Assembly: GCA_963674965.2 (NCBI GenBank)
Contig: CAXXFL010000003.1
Location: 1-64,000 of the forward strand
Direction: 5' to 3'
DNA length: 64,000 nt
Source: a bacterium
GTDB taxonomy: Bacteria; RBG-13-61-14; DATKZS01
The translations under genes and the position numbers were made by a program. Positions 41,166 through 52,915 of this stretch are shown in pieces; positions within the stretch are counted from its first letter, which is position 1; each line of letters begins with the position of its first letter. Below the pieces are notes generated by a model. It did not search any database and was not told the origin of the DNA. It was given only the letters and a program-made list of their open reading frames with translations.

Positions 41166-41948
41166 CTAATCCCTGGTTCCGGTCAGGCTCCGGATTCTTT
41201 TCCAGACGCTCGTTTTGGCCAGGTCGTTTTTCAATTTTTTAGCCTCGTCCAGGTCCGGCCTGACGGCGAGGGCGTCCTCCACGTGGGTCAGGGCGGACTC
41301 CCGTTTGCCCGCGGCGTAAAAAGCCTGCGCCAGCCTGAGATGATTTATGGCCTCCCTCGGCTCGAGATCGACCGCCTTGGCCAGGTATTTTACCGCCTCG
41401 CGGTGGCGTCCGTGCAGGATCAGCATCTCCCCCGCCCGCCTCATGATCCACCACCTGGAGACGCCGCCCACCTCGAGGGACTTGTTAACGCAGTGCTCGG
41501 CGCTCGGAAGCTTGCCGGAAATTACGAGGGCCTCGGCCCGGCAGAGCCAGATAAGCCAGTGGTCCTTTTTCACCCTCTGGGCCGTGTCCAGAAACCCCAT
41601 GGCCTTTTCGACCATTCCCATCCGGGCCAGGGCCGAGGCCCGGGCAGCGAAGCAGGGTCCTGAACCGGGGCAGTGCTCGAGGCCCCTCGCGGCCCAAAGC
41701 GCCGCCTCATCGTGCTCGCCCATGTCGAGGAGGGCCAGGCATTGGCCCACCCAGGCCTCCTCGAGCTGGAGGTCCTGGGAAAGAGCCCTCGAGTAATACT
41801 TGAGGGCCGCCTCGCTCGCGCCCGCGTGCATGGCCCGGGTCGCCCGCTCGAGATAAAAAACGTGGTCGCGGACCTTCACGTCGTCAGTCGGAAGAGCGTC
41901 CGGCTTCCCGACTCGCTCGTCCAGTTCCAAATATTCTCCGCGTCCCAT
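41166..41948 (-). CDS. Tetratricopeptide-repeat protein
   Basis: Multiple TPR-pattern helical repeats (ALKYYSRAL, AWVGQ, AVDLEP). Confidence 0.85.
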   Translation of the reverse strand: MGRGEYLELDERVGKPDALPTDDVKVRDHVFYLERATRAMHAGASEAALKYYSRALSQDLQLEEAWVGQCLALLDMGEHDEAALWAARGLEHCPGSGPCFAARASALARMGMVEKAMGFLDTAQRVKKDHWLIWLCRAEALVISGKLPSAEHCVNKSLEVGGVSRWWIMRRAGEMLILHGRHREAVKYLAKAVDLEPREAINHLRLAQAFYAAGKRESALTHVEDALAVRPDLDEAKKLKNDLAKTSVWKRIRSLTGTRD

Positions 41949-41983
41949 TGCTTATTCCTCCAATAGTCCCGCCCCGAAGTCGG

Positions 41984-42451
41984 TCAGCTCATCCTGTGCA
42001 TCTTGATCTTGATACGGCCGTCCTCGTCCACTTCCTCTTGCCCTGTTTCATAGCCGCGCCTCTCCAGCTCGACCATCATCTTCTGGTAGGCGTACTGTTG
42101 GCGGACCCTTCCTATGACGCGCGCGCCCTCCTCCTCGAGCTGGGACTTGGTCATGTTGGCGCCCTTTACGTGCACGGCGAAGCGGCCGCGGGGGTCCTTG
42201 TAAAACTCGACCTGGACCCCGTCGCGCTGAAGGGTGACCCGCTCGTCCTCGGCCAGGGCCTCGGCTATAACGCGCGACCGTTCCATGGCGACCTCGACCT
42301 CGTTCATCGACTCGAGGTCGCGAGACTGGAAAGCCCCCCTCGCCGCCCGCCGATAGCCAAGGGCGCCGGCGGCGGCCGCGGCCGCGGCGCAAAAGGCCGG
42401 CCATCCCCCGGCCGCCATCACCAGCGGCGTGACCACGAATATACAAGACAT
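41984..42451 (-). CDS. DUF1257 (Ycf35)-like protein with hydrophobic N-terminus
   Basis: QQYAYQKMMVELERRGY..EEVDEDGRIKIKM C-terminal pattern; adjacent to the Ycf46-like ATPase. Confidence 0.75.
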   Translation of the reverse strand: MSCIFVVTPLVMAAGGWPAFCAAAAAAAGALGYRRAARGAFQSRDLESMNEVEVAMERSRVIAEALAEDERVTLQRDGVQVEFYKDPRGRFAVHVKGANMTKSQLEEEGARVIGRVRQQYAYQKMMVELERRGYETGQEEVDEDGRIKIKMHRMS

Positions 42452-42466
42452 GGCTTTTCCTCCCTC

Positions 42467-44020
42467 TTAAAACTCGATATTGCGGGCCGCGGGGACCTGA
42501 GACCCCTCCTCCTCCGGCGTGGCCCTTCGAGCCCGGCCGGCGGCCCATTTACGAAGACCGTCTATCTCCTCCTCCATGGTGCGAGAAAGAGGGACCGTCT
42601 CGAGCACGGCCTCCAAGAGGTGGCCCTGCGAAAGGGGCTCGCCCCGCTCGTAGGAGGCGTACATGCCCGAGACCACCACCTCCTCGATCTCGGCCCCCGA
42701 GAACCCCCGAGTCCTCTCGCTCAGGGACTTGACGTCGTAAGCGGCGGGGTCCATGCCCCGCCGGACAAGGTGAATGCGGAATATCTCCGAGCGCTCGATC
42801 GCCTGGGGAAGGTCAACGAAAAATATCTCGTCAAATCGGCCCTTCCTTAAAAACTCCGCCGGAAGCTCGGAGATGTCGTTGGCCGTGGCCATCACGAACA
42901 CCGGCGCCGTCTTCTCCTGAAGCCAGGTGATAAAACCGCCGAACACCCTAGCCGCCGTGCCCCCGTCGGAGGAGCCCGAGCTCCTGGTGCCGGCGAAGGC
43001 CTTCTCCACCTCGTCCACCCACATGATGGCGGGCGCCACCTGCTCGGCCACCTCGATGGCCCTCCGCAGGTTGTCCTCCGAGCTGCCGACCAGGCTCGAG
43101 AAAACGCGGCCCACGTCCAGCCTTAACAGAGGCATCTGCCACCTGCCCGCCAGGGCCTTGGCCGCCAGGCTCTTGCCGCATCCCTGCACGCCGATAAGCA
43201 GCACGCCCTTCGGATATGGAAGCCCCAGCTTTCTCGCGCCCTCGTCGAAACCCAGGCGCCGCCGGTCCATCCATTCCTTCAGGGTGCGAAGGCCGCCCAC
43301 GTCCGACAGGCCGAAATTGGAGTCGTAATACTCGAGGGCGCCCGAGCGCTTGATGAGTTTTTCCTTTTCCCGGATCACCTTCTTCACGTCCTCAGTGGTG
43401 AGTCTTCCCCCCTCGACCAGGATTTTGGAAAGAACGTTCTCGGCCTCGTCCCTGGTGAGTCCCATGGCCGCCGAGGTCAGACGCTCCCTGACCCGGGCCT
43501 CGACTTTTATGTTGAGGTCGGTCCTCGAGTTGACCTCCCTGGCCGTGCGGTCGATCAACTCGCCCAGCTCCTCCCGCTCGGGAAGACCGAACTCGACCGC
43601 GGTCATTTCCTTCTCCAGCTCGACCGGGGTCTCCAGGCGGGGCGACACCAGCACCAGGCTTTTATAAGAAGTCTTTAAATAGGACCCAACCTCCCTGAGA
43701 CGCCGGGCCACGACGGGATTGCCCAGGAAGGGGTGGAAGTCGAGCAGGACGAAGATGGCCGGCTCCATGAACTTCACCACGTGGTCGAGAGCGGCCAGCG
43801 GGTCCTGGGTCGAGTTGTCGCGGGCGTTTTTCGATTCCATGGCCGTTCCCGGCGCGTGGAAACCCATGCTCGAGGACCACAGAAGAAGGCGCTTTTCCCT
43901 GGACTTGGCTATCTGGTTCAGGACCTCGATCACCCTCGTTTCCTCGTGGCTGATGACGGCTATGAGAGGGTACCTGGCCCTGATCAGGACCTCCAGTTCA
44001 CGCGCCGCGTTTTTGGACAT
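42467..44020 (-). CDS. Ycf46-like AAA+ ATPase (degenerate N-terminal + active C-terminal AAA domain)
   Basis: [36 protein letters not shown] and [15 protein letters not shown] motifs. Confidence 0.93.
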   Translation of the reverse strand: MSKNAARELEVLIRARYPLIAVISHEETRVIEVLNQIAKSREKRLLLWSSSMGFHAPGTAMESKNARDNSTQDPLAALDHVVKFMEPAIFVLLDFHPFLGNPVVARRLREVGSYLKTSYKSLVLVSPRLETPVELEKEMTAVEFGLPEREELGELIDRTAREVNSRTDLNIKVEARVRERLTSAAMGLTRDEAENVLSKILVEGGRLTTEDVKKVIREKEKLIKRSGALEYYDSNFGLSDVGGLRTLKEWMDRRRLGFDEGARKLGLPYPKGVLLIGVQGCGKSLAAKALAGRWQMPLLRLDVGRVFSSLVGSSEDNLRRAIEVAEQVAPAIMWVDEVEKAFAGTRSSGSSDGGTAARVFGGFITWLQEKTAPVFVMATANDISELPAEFLRKGRFDEIFFVDLPQAIERSEIFRIHLVRRGMDPAAYDVKSLSERTRGFSGAEIEEVVVSGMYASYERGEPLSQGHLLEAVLETVPLSRTMEEEIDGLRKWAAGRARRATPEEEGSQVPAARNIEF

Positions 44021-45080
44021 CTTCCATCCCCCTTATCTCCTCGAACATCTGAAGCAAACCCGGCGTCAGGTGTGGAATAATCACCCTGCCCGCCTCGTCG
44101 ATTATGAGTTCCCCCGTTTCTCCCAGCCAGGCCCTTATCGAGTCGGAGGCCATTCCTCTTTCCTTTATCGTCTCGTTCTTCTGGTAGGGCGCCTCGAGGT
44201 CCAGTCCCGCGTCCCGGGCGGCCTCGACCAGTTTCTTCACGTCCAGCGGGTCCCGCCTTTGCCTGAGTTCCCTGCAATAGGAAGTCCGGGACTTAGGCGG
44301 CGGGACATAGTTGTCGAGAATATGGAACCTGAGATAGGGAAAGCGCTCGGCCATCAGCCTCACCGCGGGAAAGCCGCAGCATTTGAGGTGCCCCGGCAGT
44401 AAAAGGTGCCTCACTATCACCCTCAGCCCGGCGTCCACGGCGCGCTCGATATTTCGAGTCACCGTTTCCATGTAATTCTTTACCCCGCTTATCCAGCCCG
44501 CGCAGTCGTCGTTGCCGAAGTGAACGTCCGCCACTACCACGTCGGCGGCGTCGGCCGCGGCGTCGGCCACGAACGATCCATAGTACATATTGGAGTTCCA
44601 CACCCGGGGCCGGACGTTTATCGCGCCGAAAAGGGCAAGGGCGGCGGGAAGGTTCGTCGCCGGCTCGCCGCCCACGGCGCAAAGGCTCCTGGCGGCGGAA
44701 AGGCCCGGGTCGAGAAAAAGAGGATGCCCCTCGAGCGGACGGGATTGGTCCTTGCGATTTTCCTTGCCCGAGTTCCTGGAGCAAACTTTATCGGCCAGGT
44801 AACAGAAGCGACAGGAGAGGTTACAACCGGTGAAGAAGACCTCGTAGGCCGGGTTAAGGGCGCGCTCCTCGTTCAAGAGCAACCCGGCGTAAAACACTTC
44901 GCCAAAGGCGGAGGCCCCGCATTTTCCAACGGCCCCGGCCAGACGATTCACGCCGCATTCCCATGGACAGAGGCGACAATTTTCGAGTTCCTTTAAAGAG
45001 GAGAGAACCAGCGACCTTATCCTCGAGTCCTCGACGTGTTCCAAGAGCCCATGACCCTGAAAAGCTCGCGCCGCTCTCAT
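43998..45080 (-). CDS. PflX-like radical SAM protein with C-terminal extension
   Basis: CRLCPWECGVNR..GKC, FTGCNLSCRFC, VGGEP, VWNSNMY and IVRHLLLPGH motifs; ATG preceded by AAGGAG. Confidence 0.9.
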   Translation of the reverse strand: MRAARAFQGHGLLEHVEDSRIRSLVLSSLKELENCRLCPWECGVNRLAGAVGKCGASAFGEVFYAGLLLNEERALNPAYEVFFTGCNLSCRFCYLADKVCSRNSGKENRKDQSRPLEGHPLFLDPGLSAARSLCAVGGEPATNLPAALALFGAINVRPRVWNSNMYYGSFVADAAADAADVVVADVHFGNDDCAGWISGVKNYMETVTRNIERAVDAGLRVIVRHLLLPGHLKCCGFPAVRLMAERFPYLRFHILDNYVPPPKSRTSYCRELRQRRDPLDVKKLVEAARDAGLDLEAPYQKNETIKERGMASDSIRAWLGETGELIIDEAGRVIIPHLTPGLLQMFEEIRGMEDVQKRGA

Positions 45081-45254
45081 GTTTATCTCCTTTCCGTCAG
45101 TTCCCCCCTCGTGACATTCTCCCTCCATCCATTCAGTTTGATGATTCCCGATTCCGCGGGGATTCAAGATTTCATCCCCATATGGCTCGACTTCAAACAT
45201 AACGTTCATAAAAACGAAGGAAAAGAAATAAAGTTTCATTCGCTGGAGCGGAAT

Positions 45255-45288
45255 AAAAAAAAAGCCTTCACGGGATTCATGAAGGCTT
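45255..45288 (-). terminator. Rho-independent terminator after the lipoprotein gene
   Basis: Minus strand AAGCCTTCATG..CGTGAAGGC followed by T9. Confidence 0.8.
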
Positions 45289-45322
45289 GTTTCTAATAAT
45301 GGAAAAGTTACTTTCCGGCCGG

Positions 45323-46549
45323 TCAAGGGCCGGGGGGGACCGCGATATCAAGGACCGATCTTCTGGTGGAGGTTTGGCCGTCGCTCGAGATTATCTCGAT
45401 ATCTATGACAAGTTCTCCCGGCGCCGTGCCCCCGTAAAAAGCCGCGTTAAAAAGCGTCCCCTGGAAGGCGTCGTCAAAAAAAAGCGCGGTGCTCCCGTTG
45501 CTGACGAAAGTGACGCCCGGCGACGGGGCGCTCTCGATGGTAATGGTCACGTCGGCCAGTTCTCCTTCCGGGTCCCTGAAGGAGTACTGAAGAGGGTTGG
45601 GAATGGTCAAATAATAAACCGTGGCCCCGAAAGGGCCCTCGATTACCGGCGCCGTGTTCTTGGTCCAGTTGACGCCCGCGGGCGCGAGAGATGTGACAAG
45701 GTCCGGATTCTCCACGTGGAGGGCGAAGCGGCCCGAGGCGACCTCAACCAGGTAAACCGACTGGTCGGTACCTTTCACCCAGGCCTGCCCCAGGCTTTTA
45801 TCTCTGGCCCGACAAAAATCGAGCGGGCCGGGAGAAGACACCAGTCGTATTTCAGACCCGTCTTCGCGCAGGAAAAGCCCGCGGGTCCCGGCCACGAGAA
45901 GGTCGCCGTTGTCGAAAACCTGCACGTCCATGGCGCCCGGTCCGAAGTCGGCGATTTCCTCGGCCGCGCCGTCCTCCCCATACAAGGGTTTGGCCATAAG
46001 CTTTCCGCAGCCGTAAAGTATCCAGGCGCTTGTCCCTCCCGGGGCGATGTCGAAGGCGACCGGCCTCGAGCACCCCTCGACGGGCGAATCCAGGTCGCCG
46101 GTCAAGTCCAGCTCGGAGGTGAACAGCACGTCGGCCTCCTCGATAAGGTTCACGCCGGTGGTGGTGTCCCCGCCGAGCGCGTATAACTTGCCGTCCGCCC
46201 ATCCAAGGCGAAGGTCGATGAGGGAACCCGACTTTATTTCGTCCAGCCTCGTCTTGGGATACATCATCCCGTCCTCGAGGTTGAGTTCCAAGACCTCGTA
46301 ATCCTCGGTCACCACGTAGGCCGCCAGCGCGTCCCGCTTAAGAAGGAAATGTATGAACTTGAGGTCCAGATCGACCTCCTCGGCGAACTCGAGCCTGGTC
46401 CTCGATCCATAGGCGTCGGTCTCGAAAATTCTTCCGCCGGCCACCAGGTAATAGACCCTTTGGGCGAATTTGTATTCCGAGTCCGTTTCCACGCACGCGA
46501 CGGCCGCCGCGAGGAGAGCGAAAAGAAATATCAAGCGCGAGGTTTTCAT
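45323..46549 (-). CDS. Hypothetical lipoprotein (beta-rich)
   Basis: Signal peptide with lipobox-like AVAC. Confidence 0.7.
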   Translation of the reverse strand: MKTSRLIFLFALLAAAVACVETDSEYKFAQRVYYLVAGGRIFETDAYGSRTRLEFAEEVDLDLKFIHFLLKRDALAAYVVTEDYEVLELNLEDGMMYPKTRLDEIKSGSLIDLRLGWADGKLYALGGDTTTGVNLIEEADVLFTSELDLTGDLDSPVEGCSRPVAFDIAPGGTSAWILYGCGKLMAKPLYGEDGAAEEIADFGPGAMDVQVFDNGDLLVAGTRGLFLREDGSEIRLVSSPGPLDFCRARDKSLGQAWVKGTDQSVYLVEVASGRFALHVENPDLVTSLAPAGVNWTKNTAPVIEGPFGATVYYLTIPNPLQYSFRDPEGELADVTITIESAPSPGVTFVSNGSTALFFDDAFQGTLFNAAFYGGTAPGELVIDIEIISSDGQTSTRRSVLDIAVPPGP

Positions 46550-46611
46550 GTCCCGCCTCCGATTTAGTTTGGGCCCGTGCCGTGATCGATCGTCAAAAGA
46601 TATGGCCTCCC

Positions 46612-48048
46612 TCAGAACAGCGCGCTTACGAACTCATCGGCCTTGAAGGGCTGGAGGTCGTATATCTTTTCACCCACTCCTATGAACCTTATCGGTATGT
46701 TGAACTCGTCGGACACGGCCACGATGATCCCTCCCTTGGCCGTGCCGTCGAGCTTGGTCATTATCAGTCCGTTTATTTCAAGCGCCTCGTTGAAGCTCTT
46801 GGCCTGCTGGAGCGCGTTCTGGCCGGTGGTCGCGTCGAGCACGAGGATGGTCTCGTGCGGCGCGCCCGGGGCCTCGCGGGCGGTAATCCTTTTGACCTTT
46901 TTAAGTTCCTCCATCAGGTTGACCTTGGTATGGAGCCTGCCCGCCGTGTCGATTATGACCACGTCGGTCCCTCTCGCCTGGGCCGCGTGGACGGCGTCGT
47001 AGGCCACGGCCGCCGGGTCGGCCCCTTCCTGGTGCTTGATTATGTGGGCCCCCGAGCGCTTGGCCCATATCTCGAGCTGCTCGATGGCCGCGGCCCTGAA
47101 GGTGTCGGCCGCCCCGATCAGCACGCTTTTTCCTTCTTTTTTGAACCTCATGGCCAGCTTGCCGATGGTCGTGGTCTTGCCCGTTCCGTTAACTCCCGTG
47201 ACCATGATCACGAAGGGCCCCTCGATGTCGTCGGGCACGGTCAGGGGCGCCTCCACTTTCTTTAAAATACCCTCGATCTCGTCCCGGAGCCATTCTCTCA
47301 GCCGGTCTCCATTTTCCATGGCCCCCCTTTCGACTTCCTCCTCCATTTTTTCCAGGAGCTTCATGCAGGTCTTGACGCCCAGGTCGGAGGTCATGAGGAC
47401 CTCCTCGAGTTCCTCCATGGTGTCCTCGTCGACCTTGGCCCCGCTCAGAATGCTTGACAGGCGCTTGGTGAATTTCTCCTGGGTCTTGGACAGGCCGCTC
47501 CTCAGTCTCGATATCCAGCCCTCGGGAGGAACGAGTTCTATCTCCTCTTCCTCCTCCTCGACCTCCTCTTCTTCCTCGAGAGGCGCGGCCTCGGCCGTTG
47601 GCGCGGGGACGGGTACCGGCTCGGGCGGGACTGCCTCCTCAGGTTCCGGTTCAGGCGTGCACGTTTCAGGCGCGGGCCGCTCGGTGGCCTCCGCCTTGGC
47701 CGACGGCTCGGGAACCATGGGTTCCTCGGGTGGAGGCGGCTCCGGGACCGTCCGCTCCTTTTCTTCTTCCTCGAGCCTGGGCTCGGGAGGAGGAGGCGCC
47801 TTTTCCGGTTTGGCCGCGGCTTCCCCGGCGGTCTCTTCATCCTCGGCCGGCCCCCGCGCCTTCGTCTCGGACGCGGCCGCGGCTTCCTCCTCCATTTCCT
47901 CGGGGGGAGCGGTAAACACGAGTATCAGATAAAGGACCGCGACGAGTAAGCCCAGTCCGCTCGCTATCCACGCGTAATTGGGCACGTCCAGGTAGGGCGC
48001 GCTCCACAGCCAGGATTCCAGTCCGGCCATCATGGTTTGCCAGTCCAA
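46612..48048 (-). CDS. ftsY: SRP receptor FtsY with N-terminal TM segment and Pro/Glu-rich linker
   Basis: [23 protein letters not shown] and [10 protein letters not shown] motifs. Confidence 0.96.
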   Translation of the reverse strand: MDWQTMMAGLESWLWSAPYLDVPNYAWIASGLGLLVAVLYLILVFTAPPEEMEEEAAAASETKARGPAEDEETAGEAAAKPEKAPPPPEPRLEEEEKERTVPEPPPPEEPMVPEPSAKAEATERPAPETCTPEPEPEEAVPPEPVPVPAPTAEAAPLEEEEEVEEEEEEIELVPPEGWISRLRSGLSKTQEKFTKRLSSILSGAKVDEDTMEELEEVLMTSDLGVKTCMKLLEKMEEEVERGAMENGDRLREWLRDEIEGILKKVEAPLTVPDDIEGPFVIMVTGVNGTGKTTTIGKLAMRFKKEGKSVLIGAADTFRAAAIEQLEIWAKRSGAHIIKHQEGADPAAVAYDAVHAAQARGTDVVIIDTAGRLHTKVNLMEELKKVKRITAREAPGAPHETILVLDATTGQNALQQAKSFNEALEINGLIMTKLDGTAKGGIIVAVSDEFNIPIRFIGVGEKIYDLQPFKADEFVSALF

Positions 48049-48204
48049 ACTACTACCTCCAAACCCTCGGGTAACTCCGAATTATCGACGGTTCAATGAT
48101 ATATTTCAAACATGCCCGAATCAAGGAGGCCGGACCGCCGAGGCCGGCCGCAAAAACGGCGCGGTCCTTTTAGCCGCGCCGGTTAATGGCATGATAACTT
48201 ATTT

Positions 48205-50052
<1,848 letters not shown>

Positions 50053-50090
50053 TTCGCTTCCCTCCGCAACCTATATGCCACGGTTAATAA

Positions 50091-51899
50091 TTACTTGAAC
50101 TCCCCACTGAATCCATTGGCGGACCGCTCGGCCTCGAGTTCTTTATACCGCCCGGCCAGTTCCCGCCAAAGTATCTCGTTACCCTCTTTCGAGGCCCGTT
50201 CCATTTCCCGCTTGATCTTTTTTATGTTCTCCGTGAGGCTCTCGTGGAGTATCATGCCGATGGAGTCGTTGAGGGCCTTTTCCGGGGCGTTTTCGTAGGG
50301 ATCACTTTCAAGGATAGCACCGGAAAGGCGTTGTACAAGGCCCCGGTCGGAAATTTTTTCCAAATGTTCCACCGGGTCGGCCTCTCCCCCTCCGGCCGAA
50401 TCCTCGAAAATGGACTTCACGAAAGCTTTCAGACCCTCGTTGGCCATATGCTCGATTACTCCCGACTCCTTTACCGCAATGGCCAGGTTTGGATGATGCA
50501 TCAGATTTATTGCCAACTCGAACTCCGCCGGGGGATATGCCCCGCTTCCTCCGATCCCGCCGACTTCCTTTGAATCTTCATCTTCCAGGGCGGTCCTTGG
50601 CTCGGGACGGCGTACTCTTTTTTGCAACGCCCTGGCGTCAACCCCCGATTTCCTGGCCAGTGAGTCCACGTATATGCCGCGCTCGATCCTGTCCTGTACT
50701 TTTCCTATCATTTCCGCGGCCATCCTTACGGCCTCGGCCTCGTCGGACTTGACTCCCGCCGCCTTGCCAAGGACGTCCTCGATATAGTAATCCAGGAGGC
50801 CGGGAGAGGCGTCAAGCAGCCTCTCGAAGTCGCGGGCGTCGTGGTTCTCGAGGTAGTCGGCCGGGTCCTTGCCCTCGGGAATCAGGACCATGCGGGGACT
50901 GAGGCCGGCCTCGAGCAGGATCGGAAGAGAGCGGGCGCTGGCCTTTTTGCCCGCCTCGTCCGAGTCGAAAACCATGAACACGTTGCGCGTAAGACGCCTG
51001 AGCGCCCTGGCGTGTTCCTCGGTCATGGCCGTTCCCAGGGTGGCCGCGGCGCATCCCACGCCCGCCTGGTCCAGGGCTATCTGATCGAAATATCCTTCCA
51101 CCACTATTACCCGGTTCTTTTTCCTTATTCCGGCCTTGGACTGATAAACGCCGAAAAAACCGGAACCTTTCTTATATATCTCGGTCTCCGGACCGTTAAG
51201 GTATTTGGGCTGGTCCTTCTCGTCCGTAACGAGCCTTCCCCCAAAGGACCTGACGCCGGCCTGGGCGTCCATTATGGGAAACATGATCCTGCCTCGGAAC
51301 CTGTCGTAGGGCTTTCCCGAGTCGCCAATAATCACGAGGCCGGCCGACCTCATGGAATCGATCGTGGCCCCTTTCCGAGCCAGATAGTCCAGGTTGGCCG
51401 ACCATCCGGGCAGGGAGTATCCCAGTTTGAACCTGGCTATAGTCTCGTCGCCGATCTTTCTTTTCCGGAGGTATTGCCTGGCCGCCTCGGCCTCCCGGCT
51501 TTCCAGAAGGTTCCGATGAAAGAAATCCGCCGCCGCCAGGTTGACCTCGAACAATGTCCTTTTATCGGCCTCGGCCTTTTTTTCCTCCTCCGAAAGCTCT
51601 CTTTTGGGAAGCTCGACCCCGGCCCGGGAAGCGAGGCGCTCGAGGGCCTCGGGGAAACTCATGCCCTCCACTTTCATTAAAAAGGAGAAAACGTCGCCGT
51701 ACTCTCCGCACCCGAAACACTTGAAAAATCCCCTCTCTTCGTGGATTTTAAAGGAGGGCGTCTTCTCCTTGTGGAAGGGACAAAGTCCCTTGTAATATTG
51801 GCCGTCCTTTTGAAGGCGAACATAATCCTCCACCAGGTCCTTGATACTGACCCGGTCTTTTATATCTCTTTTTACGCTCTCGGGTATAACGTTGGCCAT
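50091..51899 (-). CDS. dnaG: DNA primase
   Basis: CPFHKEKTPSF..CFGC, KYLN, VEGYFD and FDSDEAG (TOPRIM) motifs. Confidence 0.98.
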   Translation of the reverse strand: MANVIPESVKRDIKDRVSIKDLVEDYVRLQKDGQYYKGLCPFHKEKTPSFKIHEERGFFKCFGCGEYGDVFSFLMKVEGMSFPEALERLASRAGVELPKRELSEEEKKAEADKRTLFEVNLAAADFFHRNLLESREAEAARQYLRKRKIGDETIARFKLGYSLPGWSANLDYLARKGATIDSMRSAGLVIIGDSGKPYDRFRGRIMFPIMDAQAGVRSFGGRLVTDEKDQPKYLNGPETEIYKKGSGFFGVYQSKAGIRKKNRVIVVEGYFDQIALDQAGVGCAAATLGTAMTEEHARALRRLTRNVFMVFDSDEAGKKASARSLPILLEAGLSPRMVLIPEGKDPADYLENHDARDFERLLDASPGLLDYYIEDVLGKAAGVKSDEAEAVRMAAEMIGKVQDRIERGIYVDSLARKSGVDARALQKRVRRPEPRTALEDEDSKEVGGIGGSGAYPPAEFELAINLMHHPNLAIAVKESGVIEHMANEGLKAFVKSIFEDSAGGGEADPVEHLEKISDRGLVQRLSGAILESDPYENAPEKALNDSIGMILHESLTENIKKIKREMERASKEGNEILWRELAGRYKELEAERSANGFSGEFK

Positions 51900-52406
51900 G
51901 CCCGCCTTCGAAAAGCCCGCGCGATGATGAAGTCATAACGATAGAGGTCTTTCCCGATCGAAATGGAAAGACAAGGCGGCGGTCTATCAGGGATGAAAAA
52001 CTTTCCCTCGAGGCGCCTCACTTTTTCGCGCGACTACTATCTGTGCCGATCAAACAACCGGTCCCCGGATGTTCCCCCAAAAAAAGAGCGCAACTCGATT
52101 ATAACGCCAATGGCGGCGCTAAAATCGAAAGCGCTAAATTTATTGAATAGTTACGGATCATTACCTCATCCACCAACCCGGGGGAATCCCCGCCGGGCCA
52201 GTTTAATATGATCCCAAAGGCAAAAGACGCGATATATTAATCCTCGGGTCCAGCCTTTTTCCGGGCCGTTTCATCATGAGATTAAGCCCGGGTCCCGGTT
52301 ATTCAATTCCGGAGTGTCAAGTCAAAGCCGCCACTTGGGCCGTTTCCGGCCCCAAATGGCGGCTGTTTTTTCGTATGGAATCAAAATTGAAACCATTTTC
52401 GGCCTT

Positions 52407-52619
52407 TTACCGACCATTCATGAAACGCTGTTGTTTGCGGAGCTTCTTCATGAGCCTTTTGCGAGCCGCGAGTGCTTTCTTTTTCTTCTTGATGGAGGGT
52501 TTTTCGTAATGTTCCCGCTTGCGAATTTCGGAAAGAATTCCGGCTTTTTCGCACTGCTTTTTAAACCTTCTTAGGGCGCTCTCAAATGATTCGTTGTCCT
52601 TTACTACTACGCCCGGCAT
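52407..52619 (-). CDS. rpsU: 30S ribosomal protein S21
   Basis: [30 protein letters not shown]. Confidence 0.97.
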   Translation of the reverse strand: MPGVVVKDNESFESALRRFKKQCEKAGILSEIRKREHYEKPSIKKKKKALAARKRLMKKLRKQQRFMNGR

Positions 52620-52728
52620 TAAATATTCACCCCCCTTCAAACGCGAAAAAAGAAACTTCAAACCCAAGTTCGAGTTTCTCCCAGGAACTACATATCCCTG
52701 AAAATTTTTATTTTTTTGTTAAAAGACT

Positions 52729-52756
52729 AGTATAGACAATTTTACCGCCATGTCAA
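52729..52756 (-). promoter_or_regulatory. Sigma70-type promoter of rpsU
   Basis: TTGACA-16bp-TATACT on the minus strand. Confidence 0.6.
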
Positions 52757-52915
52757 GCAAAAAGGGAAAACGCGCATAAATCACTGGGCTTTAACCGGCG
52801 CGATCACGCGACGGCGCGGTTGAATCCGGTTTTTCGATTCGATATACTCTCTGAAATTGGGTTGGATTTTCTTTACATGGGAGCTGGACCCTGCAAGGTC
52901 CCCCTTTTCGAATTG

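Noticed and set aside
45081-45326. N-terminal extension of the radical SAM ORF, or a RiPP precursor peptide
   Set aside because: The region contains a terminator and AT-rich promoter-like DNA, a strong RBS precedes ATG 45080, and no convincing precursor ORF is present.
47500-48048. Low-complexity Pro/Glu region in FtsY (and acidic tracts in RpoD)
   Set aside because: Ordinary variable linkers for these families.
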